The notes under the pieces: model-generated
What the model was told of the DNA's origin: nothing
Database searches by the model: none
Seen by the model: the letters and a program-made list of their open reading frames with translations, nothing else
Source of the DNA: Fibrobacter succinogenes subsp. succinogenes S85
GTDB lineage: Bacteria > Fibrobacterota > Fibrobacteria > Fibrobacterales > Fibrobacteraceae
Length of the DNA stretch: 32,000 nt
Reading direction: 5' to 3'
Assembly (NCBI RefSeq): GCF_000146505.1
Contig: NC_017448.1
Span: 900,001-932,000, forward strand
Shown: positions 17,101 to 24,132 of the stretch, piece after piece
How positions within the stretch are numbered: position 1 is the stretch's first letter
How the letters are laid out: each line of letters begins with the position of its first letter
Translations under genes and position numbers: made by a program

Positions 17101-17346
17101 TACAAGAAAACGGGCGCATTTGGCCGTTACGGCATCCCCCGCAGCGAAGCACCCATACTGCTCCAAGAAATTGCAGAACTCTCTAAAACATACCCTAATT
17201 TTATATTATTCGACGAAAATAAAATGGGCGATCATGACTATACCGGCGATATGGCATACGACCGTGACCACCTCGCTTATCCGGGTGCCATCCACTTTAC
17301 AGCGCGTCTAGATTCCCTCTTAAAAGAACTACCCGCATTAAAGTAA
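14158..17346 (+). CDS. Large exported (probable lipo)protein: FGE-sulfatase/SUMF1-like domain + PD40/TolB-like beta-propeller + ~125-aa poly-Ser linker + SGNH/DltD-like C-terminal domain
   Basis: Signal peptide with Cys (FFCLDAC). FGE-sulfatase hallmarks: GFRLPTEAEW, GNVTEWTNDW, IKGGNY, VGFRLAL. PD40-like YHPEISPNGKFVAF. Ser-rich linker. C-terminal VVIIGSSRALHG and DRDHLAYPG fit a Ser...DxxH hydrolase/acyltransferase pattern. It resembles what I recall as the Fibrobacter paralogous family TIGR02171, but this is unverified. Confidence 0.7.
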   Translation: MCCKETVFFFTALALFFCLDACENANSKNFVAKESSFDEENSAEVFDSTHTQTYDSMIEVYHPELLFFIGTDKASAKASEKPQMGAKLNYKFYMDVHEFTCGDYKKLNKEFDRLKPDCANDSLPLTDITYFDAVLIANAKSKVSGLDTVYTYTNASFDEENHCTDIEGLVTHLETEGFRLPTEAEWILSAQLSWDHKNSWNNSNSDYKVHPICSKGFDGAGFCDFSGNVTEWTNDWLGILKDTTITNFTGSTDGGELGERIIKGGNYNSDKANSNLYSRGDVYSVTSSTMAKYVGFRLALGVIPKPAWFTSSGQISESKIEPIASTATLKSYTGSYNMKLAFRNDLTDNLAFIDYNNGNLKVSEIHDTLNVYHPEISPNGKFVAFCTKPEGILGESKLYVRELSEESSTPIELQVKSAAIPRWRILENGDTTIVYVTDAGNNSDETSWLTQSTWQVTFANGKFGTPQKLFDGTFHGGIAKDNSLAVTGARRLRVHHGQINDIWYSQEQACNVSLAQDGSKRTAFLDFGGKTGQDFVGSHYATHERILIADSTGKLIQSIAAPNGYTFDHTEWVSSTSNLVATLTNANGSHKKIVLVSTADSTLIDLAEGEELWHPSLWVQPKKIIPKPKSSSSSFAQSSSSNAPAQSSSSSVLAESSSSSTPTLNSSSSIYPQSSSSSETQQSSSETAQSSSEIAQSSSSEKQAPSSNSEQINSSSSSLLAESSCSKVTSSSSEVSLQSSSSIASSSSESSSSSVPYQIDFELDTDSAGIYYKAGQAQVFAEARYKMELLWQYKDKADVVIIGSSRALHGVAPMELSEQFFGVNLAFIGNTLSGSEFLYDNYIIPHMSKVKYIVSSIDIDRGFNTFSSSFFNGRAKTCPGFVYDKDHNYWKDGYPEGLAELTYDSPGMSSYANKYRHTRGLDSIPEASVWEDMPQVDSDSNLYRMSPGSYRTNFNSLKKMVETAHEKGFYFIGVVFPQNPNYKKTGAFGRYGIPRSEAPILLQEIAELSKTYPNFILFDENKMGDHDYTGDMAYDRDHLAYPGAIHFTARLDSLLKELPALK
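16044..16419 (+). repeat. Imperfect tandem coding repeats encoding the poly-Ser linker ([AP]QSSS(S) units)
   Basis: Recurrent GC(G/A)CAAAG(T/C)TCTAG(C/T)TCC-type units encode SSSSSFAQSSSSNAPAQSSSSSVLAESSSSS... Confidence 0.85.
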
Positions 17347-17347
17347 T

Positions 17348-18256
17348 ATGAAAATATTTTACCACCTCCCCGGACTGTTTGAATTTTACGAGCTGTACAA
17401 AGCGTTCTTGCCACTTTGGCGTGAACACCGGGATTGGTTTTACGACTGGTGCGAAATTGGCTCCATTTACGGAGCGCCAAGCGATTGCATTTGGGGCGGT
17501 GGGCGCGTTGGCTTTGGCGAAGCAGAGCCGCGAAAAGTCGCGAATCTTATGCAAGAATATGGAATTTCTGCAAGGCTCACATTTAGCAATTCATTGATTC
17601 GCGAAGAACATCTAGCAGACACTCAATGCAATAAGCTGTGCAAAATGTTTGAACGCTATTGCTCCGGCGAGATGCGCGCGGTTCAAAACGGAATCATCAT
17701 TCATTCCGACCTGTTGCTGAATTACATCAAAACACAATACCCCGGCTTTTATTTCGTATCCTCGACCACGAAAGTCATCACCAATTTCGAGCAGTTCAAA
17801 GCAGAGCTAAATCGCAAAGAATTCCGCTATGTCGTTCCCGATTTCAGGCTCAACAAGCAATTCGACAAATTGACAGCGCTCACAGACGCGCAAAAGCAAA
17901 AAGTCGAATTTTTATGCAATGAATGTTGTTGGTTCGGCTGCTACGACCGCAAAAAATGCTACGAGAACGTAAGCCAAAAAAGCCTTGGTGAAAACAGCGA
18001 AGACCATGTCTGCGTCTCGCCCACAGCCAAAAGGGGTTACCGTTTTTCCGATGCGATGAAGAATCCCGGCTTCATCGGAATCGAGGACATTCAGAACATC
18101 TACGCCCCCGCAGGATTCCGACACTTTAAAATCGAAGGCCGTAGCCTCGGTAGCGCTCTCATTTTGGAATTTTTGCTTTATTACATGACCAAACCCGAGC
18201 ATCAGCTTAAAGTCCGCGAAGAAATTTACCTGGACAGCACATTAGATTTGTTTTAA
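17348..18256 (+). CDS. Divergent peptidase-U32-family-like protein with a Cys cluster
   Basis: The ATG lies 1 nt after the stop of the upstream gene. VEFLCNECCWFGCYDRKKC...HVC (from ~17903) is followed by FKIEGR (KIEGR at 18128-18142). This is the same order as the U32 Cys motif and the conserved KIEGR block. The assignment is by motif memory only. Confidence 0.5.
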   Translation: MKIFYHLPGLFEFYELYKAFLPLWREHRDWFYDWCEIGSIYGAPSDCIWGGGRVGFGEAEPRKVANLMQEYGISARLTFSNSLIREEHLADTQCNKLCKMFERYCSGEMRAVQNGIIIHSDLLLNYIKTQYPGFYFVSSTTKVITNFEQFKAELNRKEFRYVVPDFRLNKQFDKLTALTDAQKQKVEFLCNECCWFGCYDRKKCYENVSQKSLGENSEDHVCVSPTAKRGYRFSDAMKNPGFIGIEDIQNIYAPAGFRHFKIEGRSLGSALILEFLLYYMTKPEHQLKVREEIYLDSTLDLF

Positions 18257-18280
18257 ACAGACAACTAATGGAATGAATTT

Positions 18281-19189
18281 ATGGAACCGACAGACGCATT
18301 ATTCATGATAATTGTAAATATTGTACTTTTTATCATTTTTGCAATAATTCCTTTACTATTAGGCATTTTCGCCAACATTTCGACCAAGCATCCCAGGACA
18401 ATGTTCATTGCAGGGCAAACCGTATCAATTCTACTCACAATTATCACTGTCATCTCACTTTCGATATCCGTAATATACGCAATCAACGAGCAGGATTCTA
18501 CACAGCGACCCTATATTTTTGCATGGTGTATTTGCTGGCTACTCATAGCTATTTTTCCTTTATCCACATTTGACCTCACCACAAGCCAAAAAACAAAAAA
18601 GCAAAAGACCTGTTATCTCACCATTTCATTTATTACGTTTTTCCTAATTCTGTCAGGATCTGAATTTCTATACAATCGAGCGTTTGGATACGTTTTTCAA
18701 ACGGAACGGTTTGAACTATCCATAAACGATTTTTACTCGAACCATCCTGAAGCCGATAAAAATAGCGACATCAATATATTCGCATCTATACAAAACGGAG
18801 AAGATGAGTTCACAGCGAATATATCCGTATATAAAGATTCTATAACTCTAAAAGCAACAGAACTCCGTTATATAAGCAGTGAAATTATAAGCAGCGAAAA
18901 ATCGCAAAAAGATTCTTGTTATCGCAACGACTTGCCGCGTGACTTAGTTCAAGACATTATTGAAGAAATCACCTATTATCAACCGGAAATTGAATACACC
19001 TGGGTAGGAGACCTATGTTTCCATCCATTCGCATTTGTTGAACTTGCCAATAATAAAAACGCAACAACGATAATATTGAAACTTCCAGACATTGATGAAT
19101 ATCATCCCAACGCCCAGCGTTTAGCAAAAAAATTTGCGAGTCTTGTAAACGATTTAAAAATCAACCCGACAAAAGGTTGCTCCAATTAA
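18281..19189 (+). CDS. Hypothetical membrane protein (about 4 TM helices + ~170-aa soluble C-terminal domain)
   Basis: Long ORF in a very AT-rich segment with hydrophobic helices in the first ~130 aa. No family recognised. Confidence 0.6.
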   Translation: MEPTDALFMIIVNIVLFIIFAIIPLLLGIFANISTKHPRTMFIAGQTVSILLTIITVISLSISVIYAINEQDSTQRPYIFAWCICWLLIAIFPLSTFDLTTSQKTKKQKTCYLTISFITFFLILSGSEFLYNRAFGYVFQTERFELSINDFYSNHPEADKNSDINIFASIQNGEDEFTANISVYKDSITLKATELRYISSEIISSEKSQKDSCYRNDLPRDLVQDIIEEITYYQPEIEYTWVGDLCFHPFAFVELANNKNATTIILKLPDIDEYHPNAQRLAKKFASLVNDLKINPTKGCSN

Positions 19190-19218
19190 TTTCAAACATC
19201 AAAAAAAATCATGCAAAA

Positions 19219-20085
19219 ATGAAACCCGCAAAGAGATTTTTCATGACCATCTTGATTATCATAGCCTCCCTCATTTTACTTTTAGTGATTTGGTTCAACA
19301 TTCCCTATTCACCCGTCAAGACGCAGTTCCGCAATGATGTTGAGGCAAGGTTGCAAAGTTCCGCAGCACTCGCCGGAACGCTAGATTCCGCAAGTATCGC
19401 AAGCCTCCCTCCCCTCATTCAAAAATATCTCGAAACAAGCGGTTACATCGGCAAAGAAAGACGCACGCACTTGACCATGGAATACAAAGATGTCGATTTC
19501 GGAATGGGCGTAAACAAGCCGCGACTCAAAATCGATTACACGCATGTTGACTTCGCCGATTCTCCGAACAGGCTCGCCTTTATCGACAGCAAAATGTTCG
19601 GCATCCCGTTCCAAGGCTACGATTACTACAAGAACGGCAAAGGCGGCATGAAGGGCGTCCTTGCGAAGCTCGTTACGCTATTCGACCAAACCGGCCCTGC
19701 AATGGACAAGGCTTGCCTCATCACCTATCTCGCCGAAGCATTTTTTTTGCCAGAAGCACTCCTGAAAGATTTCATCACATTCAAGCAAATTGATGACCAC
19801 ACCGTCGAAGCCTCAATTACAAACAAAGGCGTAACTGCAACCGGTATATTCCACTTCAACGACGCTTACGAAATGACCTCGTTTACAACAAATGACCGTG
19901 GTCAAATTTCACCCGACGGAACCATCGAATACACACCGTGGGAAGCGCAATGCGAAAACTACAAAACCTATTCCGATGGCATCAAGCGCCCCACAATTTT
20001 CCGCGCTGTATGGAAAAACAAAGACGGCGACTTCGTCTATTTTGACGGAAAAATTAGCAAAGTGAACGGAGCTGAGGTAAAGTAG
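19219..20085 (+). CDS. Hypothetical N-terminally anchored protein (possibly DUF6544-like)
   Basis: Start moved to ATG 19219 (MKPAKRFFMTILIIIASLILLLVIW...), which avoids the overlap with the upstream gene. LPPLIQKYLETSGY resembles the motif I associate with DUF6544; this recall is low-confidence. Confidence 0.6.
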   Translation: MKPAKRFFMTILIIIASLILLLVIWFNIPYSPVKTQFRNDVEARLQSSAALAGTLDSASIASLPPLIQKYLETSGYIGKERRTHLTMEYKDVDFGMGVNKPRLKIDYTHVDFADSPNRLAFIDSKMFGIPFQGYDYYKNGKGGMKGVLAKLVTLFDQTGPAMDKACLITYLAEAFFLPEALLKDFITFKQIDDHTVEASITNKGVTATGIFHFNDAYEMTSFTTNDRGQISPDGTIEYTPWEAQCENYKTYSDGIKRPTIFRAVWKNKDGDFVYFDGKISKVNGAEVK

Positions 20086-20086
20086 A

Positions 20087-20353
20087 ATGATCCATAAATT
20101 AGCAACAGTTTTTTCAATATTGTTATTGATTTATAGTGGAGTTAAAACAGCTTCTTATAAAAATGTTTCTGGGATATTTTTTAACTTTTATGGAAGTTCT
20201 GCAGTAGTATATGGTTTCGGGCTTATCATACTATCTAGTGTTTGGCTTATTTGCTGGCATACAAACGCCTTTAAATTTACAAGTGACAAAAATTGGCCTT
20301 ATTTGCTATTTTGCAATTACTTAGTTGCAATTATTGTAAAAATCATTATGTAG
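20087..20353 (+). CDS. Small hydrophobic protein (88 aa, ~3 TM)
   Basis: The ATG lies 1 nt after the upstream stop, and GAGG sits ~10 nt upstream inside the preceding gene. Extremely AT-rich, with no homolog recognised. Confidence 0.5.
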   Translation: MIHKLATVFSILLLIYSGVKTASYKNVSGIFFNFYGSSAVVYGFGLIILSSVWLICWHTNAFKFTSDKNWPYLLFCNYLVAIIVKIIM

Positions 20354-20397
20354 TTTTTTAGCGATTTTTAGGAAATAATATTTCTATTTTATCCTCC

Positions 20398-20580
20398 ATG
20401 ACACTTCTTTTAGGCATTCTTTTCTTAGCACTTTTCATAAGCGCGATTGTCCGCGGTAAGTTCACGTACGGTCAAGCCGATTACGATTTTCATGAACATC
20501 CGATTCAATTCGTGATCGTACTCATCTTTATTCTCGGCGTTTCTGCACTTTGTTTTTACCGATTTATCGTAGAACTATAA
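20398..20580 (+). CDS. Small hydrophobic protein (60 aa, 2 TM)
   Basis: ORF with two clear hydrophobic helices and no obvious Shine-Dalgarno. Coding status is uncertain. Confidence 0.4.
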   Translation: MTLLLGILFLALFISAIVRGKFTYGQADYDFHEHPIQFVIVLIFILGVSALCFYRFIVEL

Positions 20581-20645
20581 ATAAGACTTTTTAAAGAGTT
20601 TGTTATATTAATGACATCTGTAGACAACAGAACAAAAGGGACTTT

Positions 20646-21344
20646 ATGAGCGAAGAAAAAATTACTTCCGGTTGCAATGCTGAAGACGTTAAAGCCATCA
20701 CGAAGAGATGCGCAGAATCATGGATGAAGCGAATCCGCAATTTTGCAGGATTCCTTGGGATGATCCTCCCGTGGATTGCGCTCGCCGGAGCAGCCATCAT
20801 TGCCAAAGTTCAGCCCGCAAAAATTTCCGACGATTTTTGGACAACACTCTCCATCTCGGCTACATATTACTTGACCCCAGCACTTGCAGGCATTTTGACA
20901 ACGGCCGCAGTCGTTCTGATTTGCTACAAGGGCTACGACTGGCGCGATGAACTTGTCGCAACAGCCTCAGGCATCTTCGGCTTGATGATTGTCATTTTCC
21001 CTTGTGACTGTTCCGCTGCAGACGGCAAGATCGTTGGATTTTTCCAATTGCCTATAGCCGTTTCTAACATCATCCACTTAACATCGGCAGTTATCTTCTT
21101 TATACTTTTGGCCATCAACAGCCTATTCCTTTTCACTCTTGGCGAAAGCGACACCAAGCAAAAAAGAATCCGCAACATCATTTACAGAGTCTGCGGCATC
21201 GGCATGTTCTGCACTTTGTTCCTGCTTGTTTTACCGATTCAATTTCCTGCAAAGATTTTTATCGTTGAAGCTATTGCACTCACGTTCTTCGGCGTAAGCT
21301 GGCTTGTGAAAGGTCAAATTTTCGGTCTACTCAAAGACAAATAA
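20646..21344 (+). CDS. Hypothetical six-TM membrane protein
   Basis: AAAGGGA lies 6 nt upstream of the ATG. Six hydrophobic helices. Family not recognised. Confidence 0.65.
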   Translation: MSEEKITSGCNAEDVKAITKRCAESWMKRIRNFAGFLGMILPWIALAGAAIIAKVQPAKISDDFWTTLSISATYYLTPALAGILTTAAVVLICYKGYDWRDELVATASGIFGLMIVIFPCDCSAADGKIVGFFQLPIAVSNIIHLTSAVIFFILLAINSLFLFTLGESDTKQKRIRNIIYRVCGIGMFCTLFLLVLPIQFPAKIFIVEAIALTFFGVSWLVKGQIFGLLKDK

Positions 21345-21347
21345 GAG

Positions 21348-21899
21348 CTAGAACGCAAAAGCTAGAGCTGCTCCGCCCTGAGGGGTCGGAGCAATTTTTA
21401 TTTGCAGGCTAGTATCGTAGCCAATACTCTTGTTATAAATTTCAACAGCTGCAGTGGTATGCGTTCCAGAAATTCCACCAAGCACTATCGCAAAAAGAGC
21501 TACAGCACCACCACCAATCGTAAGTGGCTTACCCCAACTTCCTTCTTTACTCCAATAAGCGATACCAACACCTAAAGCAGCTCCACCAACAGCAGAAAGA
21601 ACCAAGGCTTTTGAATAAAGGCTTTTTCCCACACGCAACTCAGCGGCAGCCTCTGGATTTGTACTCACGATTGCTTCCATTTCGCTCTCACTCAATTTTC
21701 GGTAACCCGCATACCAATGGCCTAAGCTCCATTCAATTTTTTCTTTCACAGGCGCAGAGTTCACAGGCTCTTCTACAGTACGGACCGGTTCTTCCTTAAC
21801 AACAGGCGTAGAACCCTTAGGCGGATACTTATCCCAGACACTTTGAGCAAAAGACATATTGGCAAAAACAAGCAACACAGCAAAAAGGAACAAGCGCAT
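21348..21899 (-). CDS. Hypothetical secreted protein with a Gly-rich hydrophobic C-terminal half
   Basis: Start set at ATG 21897-21899, preceded on the minus strand by GGGAGGAAAT. Signal peptide MRLFLFAVLLVFANMSFAQ. Glycine-zipper-like segments. The ORF-track start at 21911 is a TTG lying inside the Shine-Dalgarno sequence. Confidence 0.65.
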   Translation of the reverse strand: MRLFLFAVLLVFANMSFAQSVWDKYPPKGSTPVVKEEPVRTVEEPVNSAPVKEKIEWSLGHWYAGYRKLSESEMEAIVSTNPEAAAELRVGKSLYSKALVLSAVGGAALGVGIAYWSKEGSWGKPLTIGGGAVALFAIVLGGISGTHTTAAVEIYNKSIGYDTSLQIKIAPTPQGGAALAFAF

Positions 21900-21947
21900 A
21901 TTTCCTCCCAAATTACAAAAGACGTTTATTCAAATATAGAACAAATT

Positions 21948-24002
21948 TTATTCTAGCTCTACTTTAATTTCCACGCCTGCCACCCAAGCCTTGGGCGCAT
22001 TCAGAATCGGAGCAAGCACCTTACGCACAGCCGCAAGGTTTTGCGTTTTAATGTAGAGCTTTACCCAAAACACGTTCTGCACTTTCGGTACAAACGCATC
22101 AACAGGTCCAAGGACTGTCATCGAAGATTCCTTGCGCAAAATACTTTCAAGGCGGTTCACCGTGTCGCGAAGCAAGTTCTCATCGCGCGAGCCACAACTG
22201 ATTTCAACAAGCTTGCAAAACGGCGGATAAAAAGCCATCTGACGATTCGAAGATTCAGTTTCGGCAAAGCCATCAAAGTCATGGCGAATGGCATACTGCA
22301 TCACAGGTTCTGTCGGGTTGAGCGTCTGGATAAACACGCGGCCACCGCTACCTGCGCGCCCCGCACGTCCCGCCGTTTGGCTCAATAGCTGATACAAGCG
22401 TTCCGTTGAACGAAAATCAGGAATGCCAAGTCCCGAATCAGCACCGACAATTCCCACAAGCTTCACGCCTGGGAAATCGTGGCCTTTCGCGACCATCTGC
22501 GTTCCAAGCAAAATATTGTATTCTCGATTCCTGAACGATGTCAAGATTTTTTCGACAGCGCCCACGTTCTGCGTTGTATCGCGATCCATGCGGATTACTT
22601 TCGCATCCGCCACCCATTCATGAATTTCTTCTTCGAGCTTTTCAATGGCGCCTCCGACAAATTCATACGTTTCAGCACCGCATGTCGGGCATGGCGTATC
22701 GACCGGATAAAGCGCAGCACAGTAATGGCACATCAACGCATTGTACTGTTTATGGTACACGAGCGGGATATGGCAATGTTTGCAGTAAAGCGTTTCACCA
22801 CATTTAGTACAAACTCTAATCTTAGAGTAACCGCGACGATTCATGAGGATAATCGCCTGGTCGCCACCCGCAATGCAATCCGAAAGCGCTTCGCGCAATG
22901 CAGGAGACATGAGCACGCCTTTTTGCTGGCGCACCTTGCCCATATCAATCACTTTCACTTCGGGGAGCGGAGCCGCGGTCGCACGGTTCTTGAGCGTCAA
23001 CAGTTTGAGGTTCCCCGCCTTTGCATTGCGGAACGTTTCAAGACAAGGCGTTGCAGAACCAAGCACCACAAGAGCTCCGTACTTTTGCGCCAAGTGGAAA
23101 GCCAAGTCACGCGTATGGTAACGCGGAGCCGGGTCCTGCTGCTTAAACGAAGAATCATGCTCTTCGTCCAAAATAACAACATCAAAATCAAACGGCGAAA
23201 GAATGGCACTGCGCGTCCCAAGCACCACTTTCGCAGAACCATCGAGCACAGCCAAATAGCCTGCACGCTTTTGCGGAGCCGAAAGTGCCGAATGCAATAC
23301 TACAACAGGTACTTTTAAATAATCTTCAAAACGCGATGCCGTCTGCGGAGTAAGCCCAATTTCTGGCACGAGAATGAGCACACGCTTATTGCGCTTAAGC
23401 GCTTCGCGCACCAATTCCTGATAAACTCTCGTTTTGCCACTGCCGGTCACACCATGCAGGAGCGTTCCACGAAAACCATCCTTATCCAAATCTTCAACAA
23501 GACTGGCAAGTGCAGTCTCTTGTTCGCCTGTCAAGGGGGGCAGGTCCGAACAAACCTCCATTTCGGGTCCATTCGAGGGAGCCTCGCCCCGAGGTTCAGA
23601 TTTTTCAGCCAGCAAGGCATCGAGGAACTTGTCAAAATCAGCGGGCCAAAACACGTTCAGAGTGCGCATGGGCGAGCTTATATAATACTTAGACACCCAC
23701 TCTAGCGATTCCATATAACGTTCAGAGAATACATACCCTGACTCATGCGGGCACGCATACCGGACATCGAACGACGGTTTCTCGCTATGGACACGGCTCA
23801 CCAAGGCAAGCGTAGGCTTACGGCGGGCAAGTTGAACCCAGACAACACTTCCCCGCTGAATATCCGCTCCTTCCGGCACCCCGTAAGTAAAAACCGATGG
23901 GGACAACGGGATGTAAACCTCGCAAAAACGCGACAGAAGCGCCGAATTACAGCGTTCCTTGACCATTTCCGGAGCAGACGTTTTGGGAATTCTTTTTGCC
24001 AC
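21948..24002 (-). CDS. priA: Primosomal protein N' (replication restart helicase PriA)
   Basis: Walker A GVTGSGKT, DEEHD box, and Cys-rich zinc-binding insert CTKCGETLYCKHCHIPLVYHKQYNALMCHYCAALYPVDTPCPTCG. Confidence 0.95.
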   Translation of the reverse strand: MAKRIPKTSAPEMVKERCNSALLSRFCEVYIPLSPSVFTYGVPEGADIQRGSVVWVQLARRKPTLALVSRVHSEKPSFDVRYACPHESGYVFSERYMESLEWVSKYYISSPMRTLNVFWPADFDKFLDALLAEKSEPRGEAPSNGPEMEVCSDLPPLTGEQETALASLVEDLDKDGFRGTLLHGVTGSGKTRVYQELVREALKRNKRVLILVPEIGLTPQTASRFEDYLKVPVVVLHSALSAPQKRAGYLAVLDGSAKVVLGTRSAILSPFDFDVVILDEEHDSSFKQQDPAPRYHTRDLAFHLAQKYGALVVLGSATPCLETFRNAKAGNLKLLTLKNRATAAPLPEVKVIDMGKVRQQKGVLMSPALREALSDCIAGGDQAIILMNRRGYSKIRVCTKCGETLYCKHCHIPLVYHKQYNALMCHYCAALYPVDTPCPTCGAETYEFVGGAIEKLEEEIHEWVADAKVIRMDRDTTQNVGAVEKILTSFRNREYNILLGTQMVAKGHDFPGVKLVGIVGADSGLGIPDFRSTERLYQLLSQTAGRAGRAGSGGRVFIQTLNPTEPVMQYAIRHDFDGFAETESSNRQMAFYPPFCKLVEISCGSRDENLLRDTVNRLESILRKESSMTVLGPVDAFVPKVQNVFWVKLYIKTQNLAAVRKVLAPILNAPKAWVAGVEIKVELE

Positions 24003-24132
24003 GCGGCAAAGATAGTATTGTTACAAGCTTAAATGGGCATAAATTCGCACTGTTTTTCCTGACTATAATATTTTTTTAGTTAGATTATGCTATACGGAGC
24101 TGAGGAAGCCCCGCCTACCTATTGGAGATATT

